Source: a virus (Duplodnaviria > Caudoviricetes). From it: 64,000 nucleotides of DNA. The position numbers and the translations under genes were made by a program. The notes beneath the pieces were generated by a model. It was given only the letters and a program-made list of their open reading frames with translations. It did no database searches and had not been told where the DNA came from. The stretch spans positions 6,466-70,465 of the IMG/VR virus record IMGVR_UViG_3300033407_000008. The stretch is one strand, 5' to 3'. Shown here piece by piece: positions 36,662-46,700 of the stretch; the first letter of the stretch is position 1; every line of letters starts with the position of its first letter.

Positions 36662-37048
36662 ATGGCGATCGATGTCACCGGCAAGCGGCTCGAGGCCGCG
36701 GAGAAGCTCCTGGAGGAGGGCATCCTCGTCACGCTGCGGCAGCCCATCTACACCGGCGACACGAAGACCGGAGAGACCGAGCTCCAGGTGCCGGCGCTCA
36801 AGGAGCGGTTCACCCCCTTGCAGATCAACAACGACAACGTCCGCGGCCGGGACGTGCGGCTGACCATGGCCGCCCTGCCGCGCAACGCCGACGGCACCTG
36901 GGGGGACCCGATCGAGCTCGCCCGCGGCGACCGCCTGGTCGTCTCCGGCAAAGAGATCCTGGTGCTCGACCCCGGCGCCGTCGATCCGAGCGACGAGCCG
37001 ATCCTCTACGAGGTCCACGCCGGCTACCGGACGAGCCTGGAGGATTGA
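36662..37048 (+). CDS. Head closure/stopper-like protein
   Basis: Position; GDRLVV...VLDP...ILYEVH. Confidence 0.55.
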   Translation: MAIDVTGKRLEAAEKLLEEGILVTLRQPIYTGDTKTGETELQVPALKERFTPLQINNDNVRGRDVRLTMAALPRNADGTWGDPIELARGDRLVVSGKEILVLDPGAVDPSDEPILYEVHAGYRTSLED

Positions 37049-37479
37049 TGGCGCCCGCGGTCAAGGCCCACGTGTTCAAGGTCCGCCTCGAGGGCCATGG
37101 CGCCGTCTGGCGCCACAAGGCGCGGGCGATCGTCGACGGCGTCACCTTCGCCCTCTACGCTGAGATCGTCGGCTCCGAAGAGCACCCGGTCGACACCGGC
37201 CGGGCCCGGGCCGGCTGGGCGATCAGCGTCTACGTCGCCGGCGACCACCTGCCGCCGGAGATCGAGGTCTCCAAGGTCCGGCAGCGCGGCGCGGCCGAGT
37301 ATCCGGCGCCCACGGCGGAGATCTTCGTCGCCGAGGTCACTGCCGCGCCGCTCGAGGCCAAGCGCGTGATCTACAACAACGTCGACTACGTCATCTGGCT
37401 CGAGGAGGGGACCGACACCCGCGAGGGCCGGCACTTCGTCCGCCTGGCGATCCAGCGCCTGAAGGAGGGTCGCTCGTGA
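37048..37479 (+). CDS. HK97 gp10-like neck protein
   Basis: PVDTGRARAGW, YNNVDYVIWLEEG. Confidence 0.75.
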   Translation: MAPAVKAHVFKVRLEGHGAVWRHKARAIVDGVTFALYAEIVGSEEHPVDTGRARAGWAISVYVAGDHLPPEIEVSKVRQRGAAEYPAPTAEIFVAEVTAAPLEAKRVIYNNVDYVIWLEEGTDTREGRHFVRLAIQRLKEGRS

Positions 37480-37919
37480 GCACCGAGACGCTCGCGGGCC
37501 TGATCGACGCCCGCCTGGACCAAGCGGCCGCCCTGGCCGCGGTCCTCGCCCCCACGGCCACGTTCGTCAAGGGCGGCCGGAACCGGAAGGCTTGGGAGCC
37601 CGAGGCCGGCTCCCGGACCTACCTCCGCGGCTACGAGCGGCGGGCCACGGGGCCCTCCCCGCTCTCAGCCGGCGAGCACACGGTCTCGGCTATCACCGGC
37701 CTGATCGTCATCCAGATCTTCCTCGAGCTCGAGACGAGCGACGAGCTGGCGTTGCAGCTCGCCGACACCATGCGGCCGGTCTTCATCACGGGCGACGACG
37801 GCCTCGAGTTCGAGGAGGGTTGGAGCTTCAGAAACCTCGGCCGGCCGCCGGACAGCGCCCACTGGATGGCGAGCTGCCACTTCCCCTACCGCTACCTCGT
37901 GGTCGGAGAAGGGACATAA
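37476..37919 (+). CDS. Tail terminator-like protein
   Basis: Position before tube; GLIVIQIF, C-terminal FPY. Confidence 0.6.
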   Translation: MSTETLAGLIDARLDQAAALAAVLAPTATFVKGGRNRKAWEPEAGSRTYLRGYERRATGPSPLSAGEHTVSAITGLIVIQIFLELETSDELALQLADTMRPVFITGDDGLEFEEGWSFRNLGRPPDSAHWMASCHFPYRYLVVGEGT

Positions 37920-37955
37920 ACCGGGCCACGGCGGCCCACTGGACAGGAGGTCACG

Positions 37956-39191
37956 ATGGCGGAATTCGAAAGCGGAGCCCGGGAAGAGATCCGGTGGGTC
38001 GAGACCGACCAGCACGAGGTCAGCAGCGTCACCGACATGACGGTGCTCCCCCACGGCGGCAATCCCACCGGCCCCCACAAGCCCTACGACCGCGGGCCGA
38101 CCGACGAGGTCGCCTCGGACCTCCAGGTCCAGGACAACCCCGCCCGGTCGTTCACCGTGCCGTTCTCGATGCAGAACGTGGCGCGCTACGGCGCCCACGA
38201 TCTGCCGCTCCAGCAGGTGGTGAACTTCCGCTGGCTGGCGGGGGTCGACACCGGGGTGCTGGCGACGATCGGCTCCGACGCCCCCGGCAACAAGCTGGTG
38301 GCGAGCGCCGGCACCCCGTTCGCCGGCCTTGCGGCGCACGTCCCCTGCGTCGTCTGGCTCTGCCGCGGCGGAGCCACGCCCATCGCCGGCCAGCCGGTCG
38401 TCGCGACCGAGGTCCTCGCCGCCGGTGCCGAGCTCGTCCTGGCGCTCGGTGGTGCCAACGGCATCACGCTCACGACCGTCGCCGCCGGCGACGACGTCCA
38501 GGTCATGCACTCGGGGGTGATCAAGCTCGGCACCGAGCTCATCTTCGCCATGATCGAGCGGGCGCAGGTCGGACTCGGCCACTTCTACGCCGGCTTCGGC
38601 CTGATCGGGACGCAGTACGACTTCAACGGCTCGAAGGGGAGCGACCCGACCCAGAGCTTCAACTTCATGGGCAAGGACGCCGACAACGCCACGGCCACCT
38701 TCGGCACCGGCACGCAGACGCCGGCGCCGGGGACCAAGGCGTTCAACTTCGGCTCCGACCTGAAGCACTTCCGCGAGGGCGGCACCGCGGTCCCGCTGCT
38801 CTTCCTCCAGTCGCTCCAGTACTCGATCCAGGCGGGTGTCGCCGCGGTCGACCCGGCGGGGATCGACGGCCCCTACGCTCATGAGAAGAACCGCTTCCAG
38901 ATCACCGGGACGGCCACCTACTTCTCGAACGACGCCGGGCGGGACGTGGGCCAGAAGGCGAACGACAAGGCCGACTCGAGCCTGATCTTCGCCCTCCAGA
39001 ACACGGTCTCGGGGATCACCCGGGCGTACGTCGACTGGCTGCCGCACGTCCAGTACGACCAGACCGAGCAGCAGGGCGGCGGGAACGACTCGATCTTGAC
39101 CACGCCCACGAACTTCATGGTCGCGAAGCACCCGACCCTGGGGCTCATGTGGTCGCGGTCGCGGTTCACCGGCGTGCCGCTCACCCTGTAA
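37956..39191 (+). CDS. Tail tube (major tail) protein
   Basis: 411 aa; AGGAGG RBS; ITGTATYFS, AYVDWLPHVQY; precedes chaperones and TMP. Confidence 0.75.
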   Translation: MAEFESGAREEIRWVETDQHEVSSVTDMTVLPHGGNPTGPHKPYDRGPTDEVASDLQVQDNPARSFTVPFSMQNVARYGAHDLPLQQVVNFRWLAGVDTGVLATIGSDAPGNKLVASAGTPFAGLAAHVPCVVWLCRGGATPIAGQPVVATEVLAAGAELVLALGGANGITLTTVAAGDDVQVMHSGVIKLGTELIFAMIERAQVGLGHFYAGFGLIGTQYDFNGSKGSDPTQSFNFMGKDADNATATFGTGTQTPAPGTKAFNFGSDLKHFREGGTAVPLLFLQSLQYSIQAGVAAVDPAGIDGPYAHEKNRFQITGTATYFSNDAGRDVGQKANDKADSSLIFALQNTVSGITRAYVDWLPHVQYDQTEQQGGGNDSILTTPTNFMVAKHPTLGLMWSRSRFTGVPLTL

Positions 39192-39233
39192 CCCGGGGCG
39201 CCTCGCCAGAGAGCGCTCAAGACGGATCACCCC

Positions 39234-39255
39234 GGGGCCGGCTTCGGCTGGCCCC
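39234..39255 (+). terminator. UUCG-capped hairpin after tail tube (terminator or stabiliser)
   Basis: GGGGCCGGC-TTCG-GCTGGCCCC; no U tract. Confidence 0.5.
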
Positions 39256-39277
39256 ACAGCTTCTAGGAGGGCAGACG

Positions 39278-39565
39278 ATGGCGACGGTCCAGACCAGTCT
39301 CACGTTCACGCTCGAGGTCGATACGGACGGCCTCGAGCGCTACAACCGCAAGCTCGAGGGCGGGGCTCGGGAGATCGACGCCGCCGCGAGCACGCTCGTG
39401 GCCTCGGTCACGAACACCGGCGACGCCCCCGACACCGTGCCGCTTCGGCGCGCCCTGCTCCAGCAGTCCGGCGTGCTCGAGAAGGTCAAGCGCGGCGCCG
39501 GCTGGGAGCCCCCCAAGGCGGCGGCCACCACGAAGAAGGCGCCGGCCGGCGAGTCCGGCGGCTGA
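39278..39565 (+). CDS. Hypothetical tail-region protein
   Basis: AGGAGG RBS. Confidence 0.55.
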   Translation: MATVQTSLTFTLEVDTDGLERYNRKLEGGAREIDAAASTLVASVTNTGDAPDTVPLRRALLQQSGVLEKVKRGAGWEPPKAAATTKKAPAGESGG

Positions 39566-39725
39566 GCCAACCGACCGAGGAGACACCAGTCCTGTTCAAG
39601 TGTGGTCACGGTCCCCGTCCGGCACCTCCTCGGCCCGCCCTCGGCATCAGCGGCCGTCGGGCGGCGCCCGGGGGAGCCGCCGAGGGTTCGCCCCGGGTCC
39701 GTGACCCTTGGCCGAGGAGACCAAG

Positions 39726-40367
39726 ATGACGAACCTGTTCGATGTCGACAAGACCCTCGCGCACGCCGAGTCGGTGGAGCGCGACACCCGCTGGTATCCC
39801 CTGGAGGGCCGCTACTTCGGCGAGCTCTCACCGACACCGCTCAAGGTCCTGGTGACCGGCGGCGGCGAGGCCTGGGGCCGTGCCTGGACCGAGGGGGCGC
39901 AGAGCTACGCGAAGCGCTTGAGCCCCTCGGCGAGAAAGGCGTTCAACAAGAACGCGACGAACCCCCTGACGATCAACCCGGACGCCCTGCCGCCCGCGAA
40001 CCGGCGGGCCATCGAGAAGAGCGGCGCTCTCCTCCGCGTGGCGCTCCTCGGTCCGGAGCTGAAGGACCCGGACAACCTCCCCCAGGAGATCCAGGACGCC
40101 TACGGGATGAAGAAGCTCCCGCCGGCGGTCCGGAGGCTCTACGTCCTGGGGTCGGACGGCTACTGGCGCATCCCGCTCCAGGCCGACCCGCCGGCGGAGT
40201 TCCTGGCGACCGACGAGCAGGTTCACCGCCTGATGGCGAACAACATGTTCGTCAACCAGGTGGCGGAGGCGCGCCGGCTGCTGCTCGAGGAGGGTGAGGA
40301 GTCCGAGGAGAGCGAACGGGGAAACTCCGAAGGTGGATCCGCTGGCAGCGATGGTGGGGAGACGTAG
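39726..40367 (+). CDS. Tail assembly chaperone (G-like)
   Basis: GAGGAG RBS; precedes TMP; ends just after the slippery site. Confidence 0.7.
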   Translation: MTNLFDVDKTLAHAESVERDTRWYPLEGRYFGELSPTPLKVLVTGGGEAWGRAWTEGAQSYAKRLSPSARKAFNKNATNPLTINPDALPPANRRAIEKSGALLRVALLGPELKDPDNLPQEIQDAYGMKKLPPAVRRLYVLGSDGYWRIPLQADPPAEFLATDEQVHRLMANNMFVNQVAEARRLLLEEGEESEESERGNSEGGSAGSDGGET

Positions 40368-40696
40368 ACGAGTCGCAGCGCTCCGGAATCGAGGAGCAGC
40401 TCGAGGAAGGCTATGAGCTCAACCAGATCGTCAGCTCGGCACCGGAGCCAGAGGACCTCTGGGTCGAGAACCAACTGGCGATCCTGCTGCACAACCGGGC
40501 GGCGGCGCTCAACTGCTCGGTGCTCGCTGTCCTCGACGAATGGGGCGAGCGGCCGGGTCCACTGCGAGAGGAGCTGATAGCGAAGGTCGATCTGATCAGC
40601 GGGGAGATGGCGCGCTACGAGAGGGAGAAGATGGCAGAAGCCAAGGCCAAGCAGCACAAGACCTCTTCCTCGGCGCCGAAGCCCCGGAGGCGCTAG
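40319..40696 (+). CDS. Tail assembly chaperone -1 frameshift extension (GT-like)
   Basis: G GGA AAC at 40319-40325; -1 frame reads GKLRRWIRWQRWWGD...KPRRR to TAG 40696; not in ORF track. Confidence 0.8.
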   Translation, partial: GKLRRWIRWQRWWGDVDESQRSGIEEQLEEGYELNQIVSSAPEPEDLWVENQLAILLHNRAAALNCSVLAVLDEWGERPGPLREELIAKVDLISGEMARYEREKMAEAKAKQHKTSSSAPKPRRR

Positions 40697-40700
40697 CGAG

Positions 40701-43700
40701 ATGTCCGACGTCGTCGAGCGCCTGCTGATCGAGATCGAGGCCAAGGGGGCCGACGCCACGCTGACCCGCCTCCAGGGTGGGTTGAGCGGCGTCGGCTCCA
40801 AGGCCGTCGACGCGGACAAGCGGGTCCGCCAGTTCGGCGAGGGCCAGGGCCGGCTCTCCCGCGCCTCCGCCGGCGTCGATCGAGCCCTCCGGGGCCAGAT
40901 CGCCCAGCTCGCCGCCCTGGGGGGCGCCTACCTTTCGATCCGGGCGGTGATCGACGGCATCGGCGGGAGCGTCCGGATCTTCACCGAGTTCGAGGCGACC
41001 CTCGCCGCGGTCCAGGCGGTGACCAATGCCACGGCGGTCGAGTTCGCCAACTTGAAGCAGCAAGCGAAGGAGCTGGGCGAGGCCACGATCTTTTCCGGCG
41101 TCGAGGCGGCCCAGGCCCAGGAGCTCCTCGCCCGGGCCGGCTTCCGCGTCTCCGAGGTGATCGGTGCGCTGCCGGGGCTCCTCGACCTTGCCGCCGCCGC
41201 CCAGCTCGGCCTTGGGGAAGCGACGGACATCACCGCCCAGGCCCTCCGCGGCTTCAACCTCGAATCGGACCAGAGCGGGCGCGTGGCGGACGTCCTCGCC
41301 GCGGCGGCGGCCAACGCCAACACCAACGTCCAGATGCTCGGCGAGGGCATGTCCTACATCGCCCCCGTGGCGGCCGCCGTGGGCATCTCGATCGAGGAGG
41401 CGGCGGCGGCGATGGGGGTCCTGTCCGACGCCGGCCTCCAGGGCACCATGGCCGGCACGGGTCTGCGCCAGATCATCTCCGGCCTGATCGATCCGACCAA
41501 GGAAGCGGCCGAAGCCCTGGCTGCGCTCGGGGTGAGCGCCGAGGAGATCAACCCCAGCACCAACAGCCTGATCGGGATCGCCGAACGTCTCGCCGCGGCA
41601 AACATCGACGCCGCCACCGCCTTCACCGTCCTCGGCGACCGCGGCGCCCCGGCGCTTCTGGCGCTGGTGAGCCAGGCCCCCCGGCTGCGGGAGCTGACGG
41701 GCGTCATCGAGGACGCCGACGGGACGTCGAAGAGGATGGCGGCCACCATGCTCGACACGGTCAAGGGCGCCGCCGACGAGCTCGACTCGGTCATCGAGAG
41801 CCTGCGGATCGAGTTCGGGGAAGGCCTTGCGCCGGCGCTGCGGGAGAATCTGGCGCTCTCGACCGAGTTCTTCGGCACCCAGGGCGCCGCGGCAGAGGCG
41901 TTCGGCCGCCGGGTCGGAGCCGCCTTGAGCACGGTGGTGCGGGCACTGCTGTTCGTCGCCGACAACATCCATTTGGTGTCGGCCGCCTTGACTGTGCTGC
42001 TTGTGCGTGCCGCCGGTCTCCAAGCGGCGTCCCTTGTGGCGGTCTTCATCGGTTGGATTCAGCACCTCCAGCAAGTAGCGCTTGGTGCCCAACTGGCTAC
42101 TGCCGCTGAAAACCGGCTGACGGCTGCGGTGGCGGCCAACGCCGTGGTGATCGGCGCCAGCGGCACCGTTGCCGACCTCTATGCCGCAGAACTCCACGGC
42201 GTCGCCGGCTCCGTGGTCGCGACCGGTACTGTCCTCGATCTCTACGACGCGCGGCTCATCAAGACGACGGTGACAACGGGTGTGGCCACGGCGGCAACCG
42301 GTGCCCACGCCGTCGCCTCGAACGTCGCGACTGGAGCCATTATCCGGACGGCGGGGGCGACGACGGTCCTCGGCGTCGCCATGGAGCGGCTCAAGATCGC
42401 CTTCGCGACCAACCCGGTCACCATCATCATCACCGCCCTCTCCATCCTCGTCGGCGTCCTCTTGCTCGTGAAGAGTCGCACCGCCGAGGCAGCCGAAGCT
42501 CAGGAGGACTACAACGACCGCCTCCGGTTCGGGAGTGCCGAGGTCGAGGCCGCGACCCGCGCCCACGCCGAGCTCATCACGAAGCTCGAGCGCGAGATCG
42601 AGGTCCGGCGCGAGCTCCAGGGCCTGCTCTCGGAGTCGGCCGCCCGCCTGGCACAGCTCCAGCCCATTCTCGAGGCGGCTGAGACCGCCCTCGCCGGCGG
42701 CGACACCGAAGGCTACCGGGCCGCCATCGCCGCGGCGAAGGAGCTCGGGGTGGCCTTCAGCTCGATCGCCGGCGATTCCGGCCTCGAGCGCCTCCGTCTC
42801 GAGGTCCGAGCCCTGGAGACCGACCTCGCTCGGGCGAGCACCGGGATTGAGCAGAGCGGCGCGGCGATCAAGAGCGTCGAGGACGCCATGGCGGCGAGCG
42901 CGGAGCAGACGCTCGACGCGGAGCTCCGGCTGCGGATCGAGCAGCGGGCTCGCCTCGCCGACATCGAATCCCTGGCTGCCAACGCCGAGGTGGCGATGCA
43001 CAACCTCATGGCCGCCGGCGGCGACGAGAACTCGGGCTTTTTCGTCGAGCTGGCGAAGGCGCGCGCGGAGCTCGGCCGGCTGGCCGCCGACGCCTCCGCC
43101 GCGGCCGACGAGCTCGAGCGGACGAACCAGCGCATCCTGGAGTTCGGCCAGGCGGTCAACGTGCGCCTGGGCCAGATGTTCCGGACCGGCGACATGGAGG
43201 GCTTCGAAGCCCTGCTGCGCTCGCTCCCCCAGGATCTGTTCCACACCGTCTTCGGCGAAGCCTCCGATGTCGAGGCCGTGCTCAAGGCGTACCAGGAGGC
43301 CCGCGTCCGGCTCGACGAGTACGCCGAGAGCCAGCGGAAGGGCGCCGGCGAAACGAACCGCCTCTCGGACGAGCAGAAGAAGCAGCTCGAGCGCTTCCAG
43401 GAGCTGCGAACGGAGCTTCTGGCACAGATCGCCGGCCTCGAGGACGTGGCCCGGGCCTACGAAAGTGGGGTTGTCGCCGGCGAGCGGGCGGTCGGCAACC
43501 TGGAGCTTGAGGCGCGCATCCGACAGGTGACGAAGGACCTCACCGAGCAGCAGGCGGCCGCCCTCGAAGACCTGGTGCGGGCTCAGGCCCAGGCCGAGGC
43601 CCGCGCCACGGGCGCCGCCTCGATCGCCGACCTCTTGAAGCAGGTGGACGCCCAGGGCGCCCTCGTGAGCGCCTACCACGGCGGCCGCGCCGCCCTCGAG

Positions 43701-46700
43701 GCCGCCCGCCGGGCCAACGCCCTGGCGGAGAAGCAGCACGAGGCGACCGCCGGCGCCGCCGACGAGCAGGTCGACACGATCCGGGAGCTGGTCCGCATCC
43801 TCTTCAACCTGGAGCGCTCGCTCGAAACCCTCCAGGTCCGAGACGACCTCCGGCGCGAGTTGGATCAGCTCGAGGACCTCCGAGACGCCTACGAGACCAA
43901 CGCCAACGCGGTCATGGAGACTGTCGCCGCCCAGGAGCTCCAGAACGAGATCCACGAGAAGACGGCCGGCTTGGTCGAGAAGGAGGCCAAGGAGATCGAG
44001 GAGCTGATCCGGACCCGGGCTCGGCTTCGGGCCGAGATCGGCGCCGGCGCCCGGGTGGCCGCCCTCGAGGAGGAGACCCGGCAGACCCGGGAGCTGGCGG
44101 CGGTCAAGCGCGAGGACTTCGCGACGGAGGACCAGTACCAGGCGGCGATCCGCGCCGTCAACGTCGAGCGTCAGGTCCGCCTGGAGTTGCTGGCGATCGA
44201 GGCCGAGCGCATGGCGGCGCTTGCCACAATCACCCGCGATGCGTTCGCGACCGAGGCCGAGTACCTGGCCGCTCTGGCAGAGGTCAACCGCACCTTCGCC
44301 GACTTCGCCCAGCGGGCCGAGGTCGCCATCCGGGCGAAGGCCGCTCTCGACCACCAGATGTCCAGCCAGGACGGCCTCACCACCTTCGACAAGTGGGTGG
44401 AGGCCGGGCACGCCCTCGCCGAGGTCCTCCGGGACGTGGACGAGGAGCTCGCCAACCTGGTCGAGTCCGCCGCGAATCTCCTCGATGCCTTCCAAAACAT
44501 GTCGGCCGAGGGCGGCAAGCTCAAGGCCGTGGTGGCCGGCCTGGGGGTCGTCCAGGCGGTAGGGACCGCCATCACCGGGCCGAACAACTACGCTGCGGAG
44601 GGGGCGCTGGTCGGCGCCATCGTGGGCCTCATCATCGGCGCCTACGCCGGGGACCCGGCCACCGGGGCGCAGGTCGGAGCGGCTGCGGGTGGAGCCCTGG
44701 GGAGCTTCATCAAAAAGGGATCGGACGAATTCCTAGCCGAGTTCGAGTTGACCGCGATGGGCGGCCTTGAGGGCGTCGCAACCAAGGTGGAGGGTGCGCT
44801 GGGCAGCGTCGGTCGACAGTTCATCGAGGCAATCGAGCGCGGTCTGGCCGCCGCCCTCGATGCCTTGGGAGCCTTCCTGGTCGGCATTCCAGACGTGTCG
44901 ATCAAGGTCCGCGACGGCATCTATTCCGTCTTCGTCGGCGCGGTCACCGCTCGTTTCAATTCGATGGCGGAGGCGGTGGACTTCGCCATCCTGGAGGTGC
45001 TGCGCCAGGGCGACATCATCGGCCTTTCGGACGAGGTAAAAACCGCGATCGAGAACTCGACCGCCGAGAGCTTCGCGGCTCTCGCTCAGGATATCGATTT
45101 CGCGCGCTGGGTCGAGCGGCTGCCGGAAATCGGCCAGCTCGCTTCCGACTCGGCGACGGCCCTCCTCAACGCAGTCGACCAGTACCAGGCGGCGCTCCGG
45201 AAGGCCAATGAGCTCGGGTTGGACACCGCCAAGATCGACCAGTGGTTCGCCCACACGCTCGACGCGATCCGAAAGAACGTCTTGGGCATCGTCGAGACGA
45301 ACGAAGAGCGGATCAAGAGAGAGGTCCTGGGCTTCAACCAGACCGTCATGTTGCTCCGGGCCGAGCAGGAGATGCGCCGGGCGGATCTCCTGATGAAGAA
45401 GGCCGAGCTCGGCGCCGAGCTGGCGCTCCTGGCCGCCAAGCACAAGATCTCCCTGGCTGACCTTCAGGCCATGGCCGCCCACGTCGCAGCCCAGGGCCGG
45501 CTGACCCAGGCGATGATGGAAATCGGGAAGGCAACCCTGGAGATGGTCAACGCCATGTTCCAGGCGCTGGCTGCGATCGACGTCGCCCTCGCCACGGTCG
45601 ACTCGATCCTTGCTGGCCTGCCCGAGCTGATCTCGGACCAGGAGCTCGAAGATGCCTTGAACCGCGCGGGTCAGGGCGGTGGCGGTCAACGCAAGCGCGA
45701 GCGCGAGGAAGCCCTCGCGGAAATCGAAGCCCTCCGCCTCGAGGCCTCCGGCATGGCCGCCTCGGCAATCTCTCTGCGCCAGGGCTTCGCCGACTTCGAG
45801 ACGTGGATCGCCGACGCCCGGAAGCTCGGCATCGCGGAAGAGCAGCTCGCCCAAGCGCGCCGGGACAATCTCGCGATCACCGAGCGCGAGTTCCGGGCCC
45901 GCTTCGAGGGGGTGCTCCTGGGTGACGGGCCGGCCGGCTCGATCCAGGCGCTGATCGACGACTACCGGACCGCCTTCGACGAGGCGGCCGAGATCGCCAG
46001 AGAGCGGGCGAAGGTCATGGGCACCACCTTCGAGGAGGAGTTCGCCAAGCTGGCCGCTCTGGTGGGCGATGCCTTCGGCAAGGAGCTCCGGGACCTCGTG
46101 ACCGGCGAGATCGGCTCGCTGATCGCCGCCGGTGACCTCTCCGGCCTCCAGGAGCTCCTCGACGTCCTGATGGGGATCTCGACCGCCGGCCTCCCCCCGG
46201 AGATGATCGCCGTCCTCCAGGCCATCCCCGGCCTCGCCGAGCAGATCCGCCAGGCGATCGACACCCTTCAGGAAGCCGGCCTCGAGGGCGGCACCCCCGG
46301 GCTCGACCTCTCGCCCATCCGGGAGGATCTGGACCGCGCCCGCGGCCTGTCCGAGACCGATGTTGCCCTTCGGGAGATCGCTCAGCGCTTCGCCGCCGTC
46401 CGGGCGCAAGCCGAGCTCCTGGGGGCGAGCCAGCAGGAGCTGATCGACATCGAGCTCGCCCACCGTTCCGCAATCGAGGCGGTCCGGCAGGCGGTCCTCG
46501 AAAGCGTCCAGGAATACACCGACGCCGTCCTGGGGATCGGCGAGTACCAGCGGCGCCTGATCGACCTCCAGGACACCTTCCGGGCCGCCCGGGAGGGTCT
46601 GGCGGCCGCGGACGACGCCCTCGCCGGCCTGGAGGACCCAGACACCGCGCGGGGCAACGAGATCGTCGAGCGACGGGTTCAGGCGATCGAGGACATCTTC

